A stretch of DNA of 64,000 bases from Chloroflexota bacterium (GTDB lineage Bacteria > Chloroflexota > Dehalococcoidia > GIF9 > UBA5629): contig DAISKD010000002.1 of NCBI GenBank assembly GCA_036821185.1, positions 17,527 through 81,526 of the forward strand, read 5' to 3'. A program made the position numbers and the translations under genes. The notes below the pieces were generated by a model. The model worked only from the letters and a program-made list of their open reading frames with translations. It had not been told where the DNA came from and ran no database searches. Below are positions 61,787 through 64,000 of this stretch, piece by piece (position 1 is the first letter of the stretch; each line of letters begins with the position of its first letter).

Positions 61787-63193
61787 ATGACGATAAAGCT
61801 TACCTTTCTCGGTGCTGCCCGCAGCGTCACCGGCTCCTGCTACCTTCTCGAAACGGGGGAAAACCGACTGCTGGTGGACTGCGGCATGTACCAGGAAAGA
61901 CCGCTCCGGGAGCGCAACTGGGCGCCTTTCCCGGTGCCCCCAGACACCATCGATGCAGTGCTGCTGACCCATGCCCATCTGGACCACAGTGGTCTTTTGC
62001 CCAAACTGGTGCACGATGGCTTCTCCGGCCCCATCTACTGTACCCCTGCCACCAAGGAGATCACCGAAATCATGCTACTGGACTCAGCCGCCATACAGGA
62101 AGAGGACGCCGAGTTCAAAAGGCTGCGCCACCAGAAGGAGAAAAGAAAGGGGCCTTATCCTGAGGTCCCGCTCTATACGGTAAAAGATGCCGAAGCCGCC
62201 GTACCTTTGCTCACCCCGGTAAATTATCAACACACCATCGAGGTAGCAAATGGCATCTCCGCCACCTTCTACGATGCCGGGCATGTGCTCGGGTCAGCGA
62301 TGATAGAAATGGTGGTGCAGCAGAATGGCAAACAAAGAAGGCTGCTTTTCTCCGGCGACATCGGCAGACAGAATAAGCCTATCCTCCAGGACCCCACGAC
62401 TTTCACCGAGGCTGACTACATCATCATGGAGTCGACCTACGGTGATAGACAGCTAGAATCGCCGGCTGAAGCGGCTGACAAATTTGCCGCGGCGATAAAT
62501 GCCACCGTCAGGGCCGGGGGCAATATCATCATACCCAGCTTCGCTCTGGAGCGCTCCCAGGAGATGCTCTACTACCTGAACAAATTCCTCCTGGAAGACC
62601 GCATCCCCCACCTGCTGGTCTTTTTCGATAGCCCCATGGCGGTCGGTATAAACGAGGTCTTCCAGCACCACATCGACCTCTTCGATGAGGAGATGAAGGA
62701 GCTAATACGCCAGAAAAAGTCGCCCTTCCACTTCCCCGGCTTGAAGTTGGTGAGGACGGTGGATGAGTCCAAAGCGATAAACCACATCAGCGGCACCGTC
62801 ATCATCATCGCCGGTTCCGGGATGTGTACCGGCGGCAGGATAAAACACCATCTTGCCAATAACATCTCCAGGAAAGAAAGCGCCATTCTGTTCGTCGGCT
62901 ATCAGGCAGAGGGCACACTGGGCAGGGAGATCGTGGACGGCGCCAAACAGGTGAGGATACTGGGAAAGCGCTATCAGGTAAAGGCAAAGATAGTACAGAT
63001 AGATGGCTTCTCAGCGCACGCAGACAAAGGCGAGCTTTTGAAATGGGCGCTTAACTTAAAGCGACCGCCGAGACATGCCTTCATCACCCACGGCGAGGCA
63101 AAGGCAACGGAAAGCCTCGCCAGCGCTATCAGAGAAAAGACCAGCTGGACTGTGACCATCCCTGAGTATCGCCAGGAATTTCTGCTCGACTGA
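61787..63193 (+). CDS. MBL-fold metallo-hydrolase of the beta-CASP family, a putative RNA-processing nuclease.
   Basis: The HAHLDHSG motif (HxHxDH) is present, followed by beta-CASP motifs. The protein is 468 aa. Confidence 0.8.
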   Translation: MTIKLTFLGAARSVTGSCYLLETGENRLLVDCGMYQERPLRERNWAPFPVPPDTIDAVLLTHAHLDHSGLLPKLVHDGFSGPIYCTPATKEITEIMLLDSAAIQEEDAEFKRLRHQKEKRKGPYPEVPLYTVKDAEAAVPLLTPVNYQHTIEVANGISATFYDAGHVLGSAMIEMVVQQNGKQRRLLFSGDIGRQNKPILQDPTTFTEADYIIMESTYGDRQLESPAEAADKFAAAINATVRAGGNIIIPSFALERSQEMLYYLNKFLLEDRIPHLLVFFDSPMAVGINEVFQHHIDLFDEEMKELIRQKKSPFHFPGLKLVRTVDESKAINHISGTVIIIAGSGMCTGGRIKHHLANNISRKESAILFVGYQAEGTLGREIVDGAKQVRILGKRYQVKAKIVQIDGFSAHADKGELLKWALNLKRPPRHAFITHGEAKATESLASAIREKTSWTVTIPEYRQEFLLD

Positions 63194-63202
63194 GCCCACC
63201 GG

Positions 63203-63901
63203 TCACCTTGCCACCGCCCGCTTGCCCACGATCTCATGCCTGATGTACCACCGCTCTACCGTAGTCGCTACCTCCTCAGGCGTGTCGCATACTCGCACCA
63301 GGTTAAAGTCCTCCTCGGAAACAAACCCTCGTGCCAGAGTCACGTTCCTCAGCCAATCAAGAAACCCCTTCCAGTAGCTGCTGTCGTAGAGTATAACCGG
63401 GAAGGGCTTTATCTTGTGTGTCTGCATCAGGTTGAGCACCTCGGTAAGCTCGTCCAGCGTGCCGATGCCGCCGGGCATGATGACGAAGGCGGTAGCATAC
63501 TTAACCAGCATCACCTTGCGTACGAAGAAGTGTCTGAAAGTCAGCGCCTTAGTGGTGAAAACGTTGCAGGGCTGCTCCTCGGGCAGGTCAATATTCAGTC
63601 CAATTGATGCCACCCCCGCCTCCACCGCCCCCTTATTGGCCGCCTCCATCACGCCAGGGCCGCCACCGGTTATTATGGAGAAGCCCATCTCCCCAAGCCG
63701 GCGCGCCACCTCCACCACCTGCGCATAGAGTTCTTCATCGGCCTTCAGCCGTGCCGAACCATAGATGGTCACCGCTGGTTCCACGCCGGCAAGGGCATCA
63801 AAACCGGAGACGAACTCCCCGATAATGCGGAACATCCGCCAGGCTTCTTCCTTGACCAGTTCATTGATCTCATATTCGTACGGCATGTTGTCCCTCCACA
63901 A
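63203..63901 (-). CDS. LOG-family protein (TIGR00730; cytokinin riboside 5'-monophosphate phosphoribohydrolase-like).
   Basis: Contains the PGGIGTLDE motif and a Rossmann-like GGGPGVM. Confidence 0.8.
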   Translation of the reverse strand: MWRDNMPYEYEINELVKEEAWRMFRIIGEFVSGFDALAGVEPAVTIYGSARLKADEELYAQVVEVARRLGEMGFSIITGGGPGVMEAANKGAVEAGVASIGLNIDLPEEQPCNVFTTKALTFRHFFVRKVMLVKYATAFVIMPGGIGTLDELTEVLNLMQTHKIKPFPVILYDSSYWKGFLDWLRNVTLARGFVSEEDFNLVRVCDTPEEVATTVERWYIRHEIVGKRAVAR

Positions 63902-63962
63902 TACGATATTACCACATAACCGCGCCAGCCGCTAAACCTTTATACCACCGTGGACAGGGATG

Positions 63963-63991
63963 TTGACAGGTCGACTGGCAAGTGTTATAAT
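63963..63991 (+). promoter_or_regulatory. Perfect consensus sigma70 promoter (TTGACA, 17 nt, TATAAT) reading rightward out of the window.
   Basis: TTGACA is at 63963-63968, followed by a 17-nt spacer and TATAAT at 63986-63991. Confidence 0.5.
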
Positions 63992-64000
63992 GGTAATCGG

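Noticed and set aside
63604-63825. Proline-rich 73-aa ORF (MMPPPPPPPPYWPPP...).
   Set aside because: It is an alternative frame inside the LOG-family gene and reflects GC-rich codon structure, not a real gene.

Overview
The window is about 58% GC and gene-dense; it looks like an anaerobic bacterial chromosome with a conserved core block flanked by metabolic and accessory genes. No CRISPR array, IS element or integrase was found.

Gene content by region:
- 1-8.2 kb (+ strand): a thiolase truncated at the 5' window edge with its DUF35 Zn-ribbon partner, an unusual kinase/P-loop ATPase fusion, the methyl-cycle pair ahcY-metK, and sugar-phosphate genes of the PGM/PMM family and a SIS-type PGI/PMI.
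- 8.3-19 kb (+): a GAF-type NarL-class histidine kinase, a LuxR response regulator and a tandem-receiver protein. These sit directly upstream of an operon encoding an FdhF-like molybdopterin subunit (catalytic Sec/Cys replaced by Tyr), a NuoE-like protein, a 1026-aa NuoF-GltD fusion, MetV and MetF. The composition suggests a candidate NAD(P)H-linked, SfrAB-like methylene-THF reductase module.
- 19.3-24.6 kb (+): a glycerophosphodiester phosphodiesterase, then a YeeE/YedE-TusA-cysteine desulfurase-DUF3343 sulfur/selenium trafficking set followed by a split UxaA/SuyAB-like lyase.
- 24.6-44.3 kb (- strand): a complete str/S10/spc/alpha ribosomal super-cluster running rpsL-rpsG-fusA-rpsJ-...-rpoA-rplQ-truA-rplM-rpsI. 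It contains a zinc-ribbon variant of L24, an S14 type Z, and an apparent 1-nt frameshift in rpmJ.
- 44.6-60 kb: a carboxylesterase, two tandem family-5 ABC substrate-binding lipoprotein genes (the second is frameshifted) and a TetR regulator with palindromic operators. Beyond these lie a glycyl-radical-enzyme activase plus two tandem glycyl radical enzyme paralogs of the eliminase type (G-C-A-E-P Cys loop), with a divergently transcribed pair of acyl-CoA dehydrogenase-like genes in which one member lacks the catalytic Glu.
- 60-64 kb: an HDAC-family remnant pseudogene, cysK, a small membrane protein, a beta-CASP MBL-fold nuclease and a LOG-family gene. A perfect consensus sigma70 promoter points out of the right window edge.
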